From an uncultured Chloroflexota bacterium (GTDB lineage Bacteria; Chloroflexota; Dehalococcoidia; Lucifugimonadales; UBA826): a stretch of DNA of 64,000 bases. This document shows, piece by piece, positions 56,090 to 64,000 of this stretch. The notes under the pieces were generated by a model, which was not told the origin of the DNA, did no database searches, and saw nothing but the letters and a program-made list of their open reading frames with translations. The DNA is taken from NCBI GenBank assembly GCA_913045625.1, contig CAJWPE010000002.1, forward strand, positions 1,729 to 65,728, in the 5' to 3' direction. Position 1 is the stretch's first letter. Each line of letters opens with the position of its first letter. A program made the position numbers and the translations under genes.

Positions 56090-59000
56090 TAACTGAAACC
56101 TCTTTATTTTTTAATTCTTCCAAGACTCTTTTATAGTCGTTAGGCATAACTTTTATAAATGAACGTAAAGTGTTTTTCCAATCATTTAATATTTTCTCTG
56201 CTGTAGCACTATTAGTGTATTTAAAATGATTTGATACTAGTTTGAATAATTCAGATTCGTCTTCATCTGAAACCTTTTCTAAGCTTACTAACCCCATATT
56301 ACATTTAGGCTCAAATGTTTTATGTGGGTCAAAAATATATGCCTCACCTCCACTCATACCTGCTGCAAAATTTCGGCCAGTGATTCCTAAAATTACTATT
56401 TTGCCTCTAGTCATGTATTCGCATCCGTGATCGCCTACACCTTCTACAACTGCATTGGCACCACTATTTCTAACAGCAAATCGTTCTCCGGCAATTCCAT
56501 TAATGTAAACCTCACCACCAGTAGCACCGTAAAGGGCAACATTACCTATTATGATATTTTCTTCAGCAGTAAAGGATGAACTTGAGGGAGGTTGTACTAT
56601 AACTTTACCTCCTGATAGTCCTTTGCAAAAATAATCGTTTGCGTCACCTTTTAAATCTACAAATATGCCTTTATTTAAAAACGCACCAAAGCTTTGACCA
56701 GCTGAACCATTTAAATTTAATTTAATAGTCTCATCAGGAAGCCCTTTTTCACCATAGTGTTTTGCTATTTCATGACTAAGTGTTGTCCCCACTGTTCTAA
56801 AAGAGTTGTTGATATTTTTGGTGATAGTTGTTTTATTACTATTTATCAAAGAATCTTTAGATTCTTTGATAAGTTGTTGGTCTAGAGATTTTTCAAGACC
56901 ATGGTCTTGTTTTTGAATGCAGAATCTGGCAATTTTATCTGATACACCAGGGTTAAAAAGTATTTGAGAGAAATCTATGTCTTTTGTTTTCCAGTGGGTG
57001 ATGTTTTTTCTTGGTTCAAGTAGATCTACTCTACCTATCATTTCATTAATAGACCTGATTCCCAAATCAGCCATAATTTGTCTTAATTGTTCAGCAATAA
57101 AGAAAAAATAATTGATTACATGCTCTGGTTTCCCTGAAAATTTTTTTCTCAATTCAGGATCTTGTGTTGCTATTCCTACTGAACAGGTATTCATATGGCA
57201 TTTTCTTAGCATTATGCAACCCATAGCTATTAATGGGCCTGTAGCTAAGCCAAATTCTTCAGCTCCTAGTAAGCACGCAACAGCGACATCTCTACCAGTT
57301 TTAAGCTGGCCATCAGCCTGAAGTACAATTCTTCCTCTTAAGTCATTCATTACCAGTACTTGTTGAGCTTCAGCAACTCCTAGTTCCCATGGTAGTCCAG
57401 CGTGTTTAATAGAGGTTTCAGCAGCAGCTCCGGTTCCTCCGCTAGACCCGCTAATTAAAACAACATCAGCATGACCTTTTGATACTCCCGCAGCTATAGT
57501 TCCAACTCCTGCTTCGGCAACTAGCTTTACGTGAATTCTAGATTGAGGGTTAGCATTTTTAAGGTCATGAATTAACTGAGCTAGATCTTCAATAGAATAG
57601 ATGTCGTGATGGGGTGGTGGTGAGATTAATTCAACTCCTGGTGTTGAGTGGCGAACGGATCCTATGTATTCATCAATTTTATGTCCGGGTAATTGTCCCC
57701 CTTCACCTGGTTTAGCTCCCTGTGCCATTTTGATTTGAATATCAGTTGAATTTGTTAAGTAATTAATAGTGACCCCAAATCTCCCTGAGGCTACCTGTTT
57801 GATAGAACTATTTCGAGAATCTCCGTTTTTGTCCAAAGTAAATCTTACAGAATCTTCTCCACCTTCTCCTGTATTGCTTCGGGCATGAATTCTATTCATT
57901 GCTATAGCTAGAGTTTCATGAGCTTCTCTACTAATTGAGCCAAGAGAAATTGCTCCAGTAGCAAATCTTTTGACTATTTCTTTTGCAGGTTCTACTTCGT
58001 CTAAAGAAATTTGATTTCCTGAATTTTTAAAGTCTAATAATCCTCTGATAGTCGATAATCGCACATTTTCTTCGTCAACAAAACTAGCAAATTGCTGGTA
58101 TGTTTCCCAATTATTAGTTTTTACCGCATGTTGTAAAGATGAAATAGTATTAGGGTTCCACATATGGTAAATTCCATCACGCCTCCACTGGTATTCACCT
58201 CCAGGTAAAATATCTAAATTTGAATGGATTTCAGCATCCTTATACCCTCTGGTATGCCTATTAATAGATTCAGTTTGTATTTCTTTAAGCCCAATTCCCC
58301 CAATTCTAGAAATTGTTCTATTAAAATACTTAGATATAAATTCTTGGTTTAAACCTATTGCCTCAAAAATTTGTGCCCCACGATAGCTTTGGATGGTGGA
58401 AATTCCCATTTTGGACATAGTTTTTAAAATTCCCTTATGAGCTGCTGCAAGATAATTTTTTACAGAATTTTCTTCAGAAACTTGTATTGATAATTCATTT
58501 TCTTTTGCAAGTTTTTGAATTATTTCTAGGGCAAAATAAGGATTAATAGCTCCTGCTCCAAATCCTATTAGTAAAGCAAAGTGTGCGACTTCTCTAGCTT
58601 CACCTGTTTCAATTACTAATCCTACTTTTGATCTTAATCCAATAGAAATTAGATGGTGATGCACCGCAGATGTATAAAGTAATGCAGGTATTGGAGCATT
58701 ACTTTCATCGACACCTCTATCTGAAAGAATTAATATGGAAGCTCCTTGGTTTATGGCATTTTCAGAATTTTTTAGAATCTGATCAATGGCAATTTCAATT
58801 CCTTTTTCAGCCGAGGGGTTGAATAAACATGAGATGGTTTCTGATTTGATTCCATTTTGATTACATTCTCTGAGTTTACCTAAATCTTCATTATTAATAA
58901 TAGGATGGGGTAATGTAATTTGTCTTGCATGTAAGGGTGTTTCTTCAAAAAGATTTCTTTCTTCTCCAATAGTTGCTTTTAATGATGTAACTAATTCTTC

Positions 59001-60617
59001 ACGAATTGCATCTAATGGTGGGTTACTGACTTGGGCAAATAATTGTTTAAAATAGTTAAAAAGTAAGGGGTTGTGATCAGATAAAAATGCTAGAGCAGCA
59101 TCATTTCCCATTGATCCAGTGGGTTCGTAAGCAGTAGTGGCCATCGGGTCAATTAGCATTCTTAATTCTTCTAAAGTGTAACCAAAAGCGTTTTGTCTTT
59201 TTACGAAAGTGGATAATGGTTCAGTAGGCAAATCCACAGGAGTATTTAAGTTATTAATAGATATTCTGTTTTCCTCTAACCATTTTTCGTAAGGTTGTTG
59301 TTGTGAAACAGAACTTTTAATTTGAGCATCATTAATTATTTGACCTGATTCAGTGTCTAATAAAAACATTCTTCCCGGATAAATTCGTTCCTTAAATAGG
59401 ATGTTTTCAGGTGGAACTTCAATCACACCAGTTTCAGACCCCATAATTAGTAAGTCATCTTTTGTGACTAAATATCTACAAGGTCTTAAACCATTTCTGT
59501 CTAAGACTGCACACACTTTTTTGCCATCAGTACCTACTACTAATGCAGGTCCATCCCAAGGTTCCATCATGCTTGAGTGATAATCGTAAAATGCACGTTT
59601 TTCAGGTGACATTTCTATGTTGTCTCCCCAAGCTTCAGGAATCATCATCATCATAGAATGTTCTATTGATCTTCCTGTTGCTAGAAGTAATTCAAGAGCA
59701 TTATCTAATGCTGCTGTATCACTTTGGTCATGAGCTGTAATTGGTTTAATTTTTTCTAGATCGTCGCCCAATTCATTAGATTTAAATGCATGTTCTCTAG
59801 ATAACATCCAATTGACGTTACCCTTAACAGTATTAATTTCGCCATTATGCACTACAAACCTGTATGGATGTGCAAGTTTCCAGCTTCCCAAAGTATTAGT
59901 ACTAAATCTTGAATGAACTAAAGCAAATGAACTATGAAATGATTCATCATTTAAATCTATAAAAAATTCTGCAACTTGTTCCGGAACCAATAACCCTTTA
60001 TAAACTATAGTTGATGATGAAAGTGAGCAAATATAAAAATCATCTGATTTTAATTCACATGATGAGATTTGTTGCTCAATATTTCTTCTTAGAATGTATA
60101 GAGATAGATCTATATTTTTATAAGAATTTTGTTGTGTTTTTGATACGAAAAACTGAAAAATATTCGGTTGAACTTCTTTAGCTGATTTTCCTATTTTACT
60201 TGAATCTACAGGAACTACACGCCACCAAATCAATTCAAAATTTTCTTGTTCGATTGAATTTAGAATAGTTTGCTTGTATTGATCAATTGTATTTGAATCG
60301 TCTTGAGGGATGAATACCATTCCCACTCCATAATCACCTACATTAGGTAAGGAAGTGTTTTCTAGTAAAGCTTTTTGAACAAAAAAATCATGGGGAATCT
60401 GGCACATTATGCCGGCTCCATCCCCTGTTTCTGGATCTGCGCCGGAGGCCCCTCTATGCCCCAGATGGCATAAAGCATCTAACCCTCGAGAAATAATCTC
60501 ATGTGATTGGATTCCTTTGATATTGGCTACCATTCCTACACCGCATGCATCATGTTCGAATTCGGGTGAATATAATCCTTGTTCTTGGATATTGGGTATG
60601 TGTTTATCTTTTTGCAT
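56082..60617 (-). CDS. gltB: Glutamate synthase large subunit
   Basis: Ntn-amidotransferase CGVG after a short propeptide, the FMN/3Fe-4S central domains and a C-terminal GXGXG beta-helix. 1511 aa. Confidence 0.95.
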   Translation of the reverse strand: MQKDKHIPNIQEQGLYSPEFEHDACGVGMVANIKGIQSHEIISRGLDALCHLGHRGASGADPETGDGAGIMCQIPHDFFVQKALLENTSLPNVGDYGVGMVFIPQDDSNTIDQYKQTILNSIEQENFELIWWRVVPVDSSKIGKSAKEVQPNIFQFFVSKTQQNSYKNIDLSLYILRRNIEQQISSCELKSDDFYICSLSSSTIVYKGLLVPEQVAEFFIDLNDESFHSSFALVHSRFSTNTLGSWKLAHPYRFVVHNGEINTVKGNVNWMLSREHAFKSNELGDDLEKIKPITAHDQSDTAALDNALELLLATGRSIEHSMMMMIPEAWGDNIEMSPEKRAFYDYHSSMMEPWDGPALVVGTDGKKVCAVLDRNGLRPCRYLVTKDDLLIMGSETGVIEVPPENILFKERIYPGRMFLLDTESGQIINDAQIKSSVSQQQPYEKWLEENRISINNLNTPVDLPTEPLSTFVKRQNAFGYTLEELRMLIDPMATTAYEPTGSMGNDAALAFLSDHNPLLFNYFKQLFAQVSNPPLDAIREELVTSLKATIGEERNLFEETPLHARQITLPHPIINNEDLGKLRECNQNGIKSETISCLFNPSAEKGIEIAIDQILKNSENAINQGASILILSDRGVDESNAPIPALLYTSAVHHHLISIGLRSKVGLVIETGEAREVAHFALLIGFGAGAINPYFALEIIQKLAKENELSIQVSEENSVKNYLAAAHKGILKTMSKMGISTIQSYRGAQIFEAIGLNQEFISKYFNRTISRIGGIGLKEIQTESINRHTRGYKDAEIHSNLDILPGGEYQWRRDGIYHMWNPNTISSLQHAVKTNNWETYQQFASFVDEENVRLSTIRGLLDFKNSGNQISLDEVEPAKEIVKRFATGAISLGSISREAHETLAIAMNRIHARSNTGEGGEDSVRFTLDKNGDSRNSSIKQVASGRFGVTINYLTNSTDIQIKMAQGAKPGEGGQLPGHKIDEYIGSVRHSTPGVELISPPPHHDIYSIEDLAQLIHDLKNANPQSRIHVKLVAEAGVGTIAAGVSKGHADVVLISGSSGGTGAAAETSIKHAGLPWELGVAEAQQVLVMNDLRGRIVLQADGQLKTGRDVAVACLLGAEEFGLATGPLIAMGCIMLRKCHMNTCSVGIATQDPELRKKFSGKPEHVINYFFFIAEQLRQIMADLGIRSINEMIGRVDLLEPRKNITHWKTKDIDFSQILFNPGVSDKIARFCIQKQDHGLEKSLDQQLIKESKDSLINSNKTTITKNINNSFRTVGTTLSHEIAKHYGEKGLPDETIKLNLNGSAGQSFGAFLNKGIFVDLKGDANDYFCKGLSGGKVIVQPPSSSSFTAEENIIIGNVALYGATGGEVYINGIAGERFAVRNSGANAVVEGVGDHGCEYMTRGKIVILGITGRNFAAGMSGGEAYIFDPHKTFEPKCNMGLVSLEKVSDEDESELFKLVSNHFKYTNSATAEKILNDWKNTLRSFIKVMPNDYKRVLEELKNKEVSVNG

Positions 60618-60631
60618 ATTTAAATTTTATA

Positions 60632-61966
60632 CTATAGCGAGGGTAAGTATTTTTGTATTTCAAAATCTGAAATTTGAGCGCTATATGATTCCCATTCAAT
60701 TTTTTTGTTTTCTATAAATATTTTAAATGCTGTTTCTCCTAATGTCTCTCTAACTAAATCGCTAGTTTCAGTAATTTGGATAGCTTCCCATAGATTAGTG
60801 GGTAAAGTTTCTATTCCAGATTCTCTTCTTTGCTCTTTAGTCATAAGATTTACGCTTACTTGAGGTGATTCAGGTAATGTATATTCATTCTTAATTCCTT
60901 CTAATCCAGCGGCTAAAATTACACTAAATGCTAGATAAGGGTTACATGCTGGGTCCGGTGCCCTGTATTCTATTCTTCTTGAATTAGGGCGATCTTCTTT
61001 ATATGATGGAATTCTAATTAAATCAGATCTGTTCACTTCAGCCCAAGAAATGTAAGTAGGGGCTTCGTAGCTAGGAACAAGTCTTTTATATGAGTTGACC
61101 CACTGATTTGTAACTAATGTTATTTCTCGAGCATGTTTTAATAAGCCTGCACAAAAATGTTTTCCAATATCTGAAAGTTGATTAGGGTCTTTAGTGTTTA
61201 GAAACGCATTTTCATCTCCGCTAAATAAAGACATATGAGTGTGCATGCCGTTTCCATTTTCTCCAAAAATTGGTTTTGGCATAAATGAAGCATAAAATCC
61301 ATGAGTTGAGGCAATTTCTTTAACAACTGATTTGTAAGTCATGACTGTGTCAGCCATGGTAAATGCATCTGTATATCTTAAATCTATCTCATGTTGGCTA
61401 GGGGCTGCTTCATGGTGACTTGATTCTACAGGGATTCCTAGAGCTTCTAATGTAAGTATAGTTTCTCTTCTTAATTCAGTTCCTGCTTCAGATGTAAGTT
61501 GGTCAAAATATCCACCTGAATCAATTAATTGTGTTGATTCAGAAGATTTGAAATAAAAATGTTCTAATTCTGGAGCTACATAAAATGTAAACCCCATGTC
61601 AGAAGCTTTTTTAAGATTTGACCTTAGAACATTTCTAGAATCTCCTTCAAAAGGTTTTTCATTTGGAGTAATGATGTCGCAGAACATTCTAGCTACACCG
61701 TTAGGTTTAGGTCTCCATGGCAGAATTGTAAATGTGTTTGGGTCAGGTAATACATACAAATCTCTTTCATCTACACGGGCGTATCCTTCTATTGAAGAAC
61801 CATCAAATCCCATACCCCTGTTCATAGTGTTTTCTAGTTCTTCATAAGTTATAGCAAAACCTTTGAGGTTACCTAAAATATCAGTAAACCAAAGTCTAAT
61901 AAATTTGACTTCATTATCTTTTGCAGTCGCTTTTATGTATTCAATTGCTTCGTCGTTTGTAGACAT
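60632..61966 (-). CDS. glnA: Glutamine synthetase type I-alpha (444 aa, no beta-specific insertion)
   Basis: GS beta-grasp FDGSSIEG, catalytic MPKPIFGENGNGMHTHMSL and NSYKRL. Collinear with Bacillus-type GlnA. Confidence 0.9.
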   Translation of the reverse strand: MSTNDEAIEYIKATAKDNEVKFIRLWFTDILGNLKGFAITYEELENTMNRGMGFDGSSIEGYARVDERDLYVLPDPNTFTILPWRPKPNGVARMFCDIITPNEKPFEGDSRNVLRSNLKKASDMGFTFYVAPELEHFYFKSSESTQLIDSGGYFDQLTSEAGTELRRETILTLEALGIPVESSHHEAAPSQHEIDLRYTDAFTMADTVMTYKSVVKEIASTHGFYASFMPKPIFGENGNGMHTHMSLFSGDENAFLNTKDPNQLSDIGKHFCAGLLKHAREITLVTNQWVNSYKRLVPSYEAPTYISWAEVNRSDLIRIPSYKEDRPNSRRIEYRAPDPACNPYLAFSVILAAGLEGIKNEYTLPESPQVSVNLMTKEQRRESGIETLPTNLWEAIQITETSDLVRETLGETAFKIFIENKKIEWESYSAQISDFEIQKYLPSL

Positions 61967-62027
61967 AAATAGTCCGAATTACTATAAGTATTATTTGAGT
62001 TATTTAAAACTAACAATGGGGATTGAT

Positions 62028-62056
62028 ACAGTATAGATATGTCAAAAAAGTGTCAA
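62028..62056 (-). promoter_or_regulatory. Candidate promoter for the GSI-alpha/gltBD transcription unit (TTGACA-N17-TACTGT)
   Basis: Read on the reverse strand, between the upstream terminator hairpin and the glnA start. Confidence 0.3.
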
Positions 62057-62082
62057 TCAGTATTGAGGTAACAAATAGCAGA

Positions 62083-62116
62083 ATTGAGTCGGTTGAATCT
62101 TATCAACCGACTCAAT
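62083..62116 (-). terminator. Intrinsic terminator after the GSI-beta gene
   Basis: Perfect 14-bp stem ATTGAGTCGGTTGA / TCAACCGACTCAAT with a 6-nt loop, starting 10 nt after the stop. The downstream tract is moderately U-rich. Confidence 0.6.
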
Positions 62117-62125
62117 TTGAATTCT

Positions 62126-63559
62126 TTATGCGTCGAAAGATAAAAAGAACTCGTATGGGTGAGGTCTTAATCTAATAGCATCAACATCATTTTGTCTTTT
62201 GAAATCAATCCATGTTTTAATTACGTCTTCTGTGAAAACTCCACCTTTAAGTAAGAAATCATGATCATCTTCTAAGGCCTGTAATGCTTCTTCAAGACTT
62301 CCAGGTACTTGAGGAAATTTTGATGTTTCTTCAGCAGATAATTCGAATAAATCTTGACTTAGTGGTTCCCCTGGAGAGTATTCATTTTCTATTCCGTCTA
62401 ACCCTGCCATTAACATAGCTGCAAAAGTTAGATATGGGTTGCAGGTAGGATCAGCAGACCTGAATTCTACTCTCTTAGCTTCGGGGTTGTTGAAATACAT
62501 TGGAATTCTACATGCTGCAGACCTGTTTCTAGCTGAAAGTGCCAAAATGGTAGGAGCTTCGAATCCCGGAGTTAGTCTTTTATATGAGTTTGTAGTTGGT
62601 GCTGCTAAGGCCATTAATGCTTTTCCATGTTTAATTAGCCCTCCAATGTAGTGTAAAGCTAATTCAGATAATCCAGCATATTGATCCCCTGCAAAAAGAG
62701 GTACTCCATCTATCCATATAGATTGGTGAGTATGCATCCCAGTTCCATTGTCTTCAAAAAGAGGTTTTGGCATAAATGTTACTGTTTTGCCATTTTTTGC
62801 TGCTACATTTCTAACAGCATATTTGTAAGTCATCACCTTATCTGCAGTTTCTAGCAGTGGACCAAACCTCATATCAATTTCAGCTTGACCACCAGTAGCT
62901 ACTTCGTGATGTTGAGCTTCAATTCTGATGCCAAAATCATTTACAAGAGTTCTCACCATTTCACTACGTAAATCATGTGCTGTGTCAATTGGTGGTGCAG
63001 GGAAGTACCCACCTTTGTGAGGTGGACGACTTCCTTTATTCAAAGTGACTCCGTCTAACATGAACTCGTTTCCTGAATTCCAAATGCCTTCGTCAGTATT
63101 GACTTCATGAAAACTATGATTTGATCCATAGCTGAATCGAACAGAATCAAAAATGAAAAACTCTACTTCGGGACCCCATAAAGATTCAGTTCCGATTCCT
63201 GTAGATTTTAAGTAATTTTCAGCTTTTCTAGCTATGTTTCTTGGATCCCTACTATAATTGTCTCCTGATGTTGGATCTTTTATGTCTGCGATACAAGAAA
63301 CAGTTCCCTTGAAAAAGGGATCTACTACAGCTGTAGTAGGGTCAGGTACTATAAGCATGTCAGATTCCTCTATGGATTGAAATCCTCTGATACTTGAGCC
63401 GTCAAATCCTGCTCCATTGGATATTAAAGAGTCATCCACTTCACTAATGGGAATTGAAAAATGTTGCCATGTACCTGGAAGGTCTGTAAATTTCAGATCT
63501 AGTATGTCACAGTTATTATCTTTCATAAGTTTTAATATTTCAGCAGATTCGTTAGCCAT
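62126..63559 (-). CDS. glnA: Glutamine synthetase type I-beta (with beta insertion; adenylylation Tyr replaced by Phe)
   Basis: FDGSSIRG, MPKPLFEDNGTGMHTHQS and NSYKRL. The C-terminus aligns with E. coli GlnA. Start moved to ATG 63559 (MANESAEIL), 7 nt after GGAGAG. Confidence 0.9.
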   Translation of the reverse strand: MANESAEILKLMKDNNCDILDLKFTDLPGTWQHFSIPISEVDDSLISNGAGFDGSSIRGFQSIEESDMLIVPDPTTAVVDPFFKGTVSCIADIKDPTSGDNYSRDPRNIARKAENYLKSTGIGTESLWGPEVEFFIFDSVRFSYGSNHSFHEVNTDEGIWNSGNEFMLDGVTLNKGSRPPHKGGYFPAPPIDTAHDLRSEMVRTLVNDFGIRIEAQHHEVATGGQAEIDMRFGPLLETADKVMTYKYAVRNVAAKNGKTVTFMPKPLFEDNGTGMHTHQSIWIDGVPLFAGDQYAGLSELALHYIGGLIKHGKALMALAAPTTNSYKRLTPGFEAPTILALSARNRSAACRIPMYFNNPEAKRVEFRSADPTCNPYLTFAAMLMAGLDGIENEYSPGEPLSQDLFELSAEETSKFPQVPGSLEEALQALEDDHDFLLKGGVFTEDVIKTWIDFKRQNDVDAIRLRPHPYEFFLSFDA

Positions 63560-63733
63560 TACTAACTCTCCTTTTTTGTATAACAATATGTGATAAACAA
63601 TTGTTTCAGTTTTTTACTCTCATGAGAAGCACCAAATGTTAATAGATTGTTACATTTTTGTATAGAAAATTAACACTTTTCTTTTTTTAAACCCCAATGT
63701 AGGGTAAAATCCCATGATTTTAGGAGGAGAAAC

Positions 63734-64000
63734 ATGTCAAATATTGAATTAAAAATTTATTTCGATTTTGCTTGTCCATTTGTATACAACGCAGCTATTT
63801 GGTTAGATATGGTTAAGAAAAATAGTGATAAAAAAATTAATATTGAATGGAAGCATTTTTCTTTACAGCAAAATGCTTCTACTGAAGAAGGTTTTCAAGT
63901 TTGGGAAACTGAAGACTTGAAAACTACAAGATCTTTAATGGCTGCTATTGCAGGTGAAGCAGCAAGACGACAAGGTGAAGATTTATTCCAGGCGTTTCTA
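63734..64000 (+). CDS. DsbA-like thioredoxin-fold protein, N-terminal part (runs off window end); single-Cys CPFV motif
   Basis: ATG preceded by AGGAGGA. KIYFDFACPFVY matches the DsbA/HCCA-isomerase-type N-terminus, with the second Cys replaced. Confidence 0.6.
   Translation, partial: MSNIELKIYFDFACPFVYNAAIWLDMVKKNSDKKINIEWKHFSLQQNASTEEGFQVWETEDLKTTRSLMAAIAGEAARRQGEDLFQAFL

Noticed and set aside
1-64000. Mobile elements, CRISPR arrays, defence systems, toxin-antitoxin pairs, prophage genes, tRNA/rRNA genes.
   Set aside because: I looked through all ORF translations and spacers. I found no transposase, integrase or Cas signatures, no repeat-spacer periodicity, and no spacer long enough to hold a structured RNA gene other than the T-box leader.

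Overview
This is an AT-rich, tightly packed bacterial chromosomal window of about 55 genes with very short intergenic spacers. I saw no rRNA, tRNA, CRISPR array, transposase, integrase or recognisable defence genes, so it reads as core genome rather than an accessory island. Gene content in order:
- Partial crcB, trxB, a thrC-like gene and selB.
- A thiolase-like/DUF35 pair.
- thrS-infC-rpmI-rplT.
- An 11 kb respiratory block on the minus strand: sdhA-sdhB-CCG subunit, ctaA-ctaB, caa3-type ctaCDEF, ctaG, a small membrane protein and SCO1.
- A Leu T-box leader controlling ilvB-ilvN-ilvC-leuA-leuC-leuD.
- ftsK, rnj, a family-4 UDG, aroE and mutS.
- A NuoE/NuoF/formate-dehydrogenase-like module with an Fpr-type reductase and a Gfo/Idh/MocA enzyme.
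- A four-gene membrane module: YYY/DUF2298 protein, GT-C-like protein, MprF-flippase-like protein and FAD oxidoreductase.
- ftsY, a LysR regulator, a sortase, a zinc-ribbon miniprotein, an amidohydrolase and a 2-hydroxyacid dehydrogenase.
- gltBD with two tandem glutamine synthetases, then a partial DsbA-like gene.

The T-box, the YYY/TIGR03663 pair, the sortase and the anchor-less SdhAB-CCG enzyme together suggest a monoderm lineage such as marine Chloroflexota; this is inference, not proven.

The best candidates for undescribed biology:
- The YYY/GT-C/flippase/FAD module (43032-49687).
- The Fds-like NuoEFG module that appears to lack a Mo ligand (36231-42985).

Smaller points worth a second look:
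- A TrxR without the NADPH HRRxxxR motif.
- An AUA-initiated infC.
- A Cys-less thiolase.
- A selB translationally coupled to a thrC-like gene.

All calls rest on reading motifs by eye; no searches were run.
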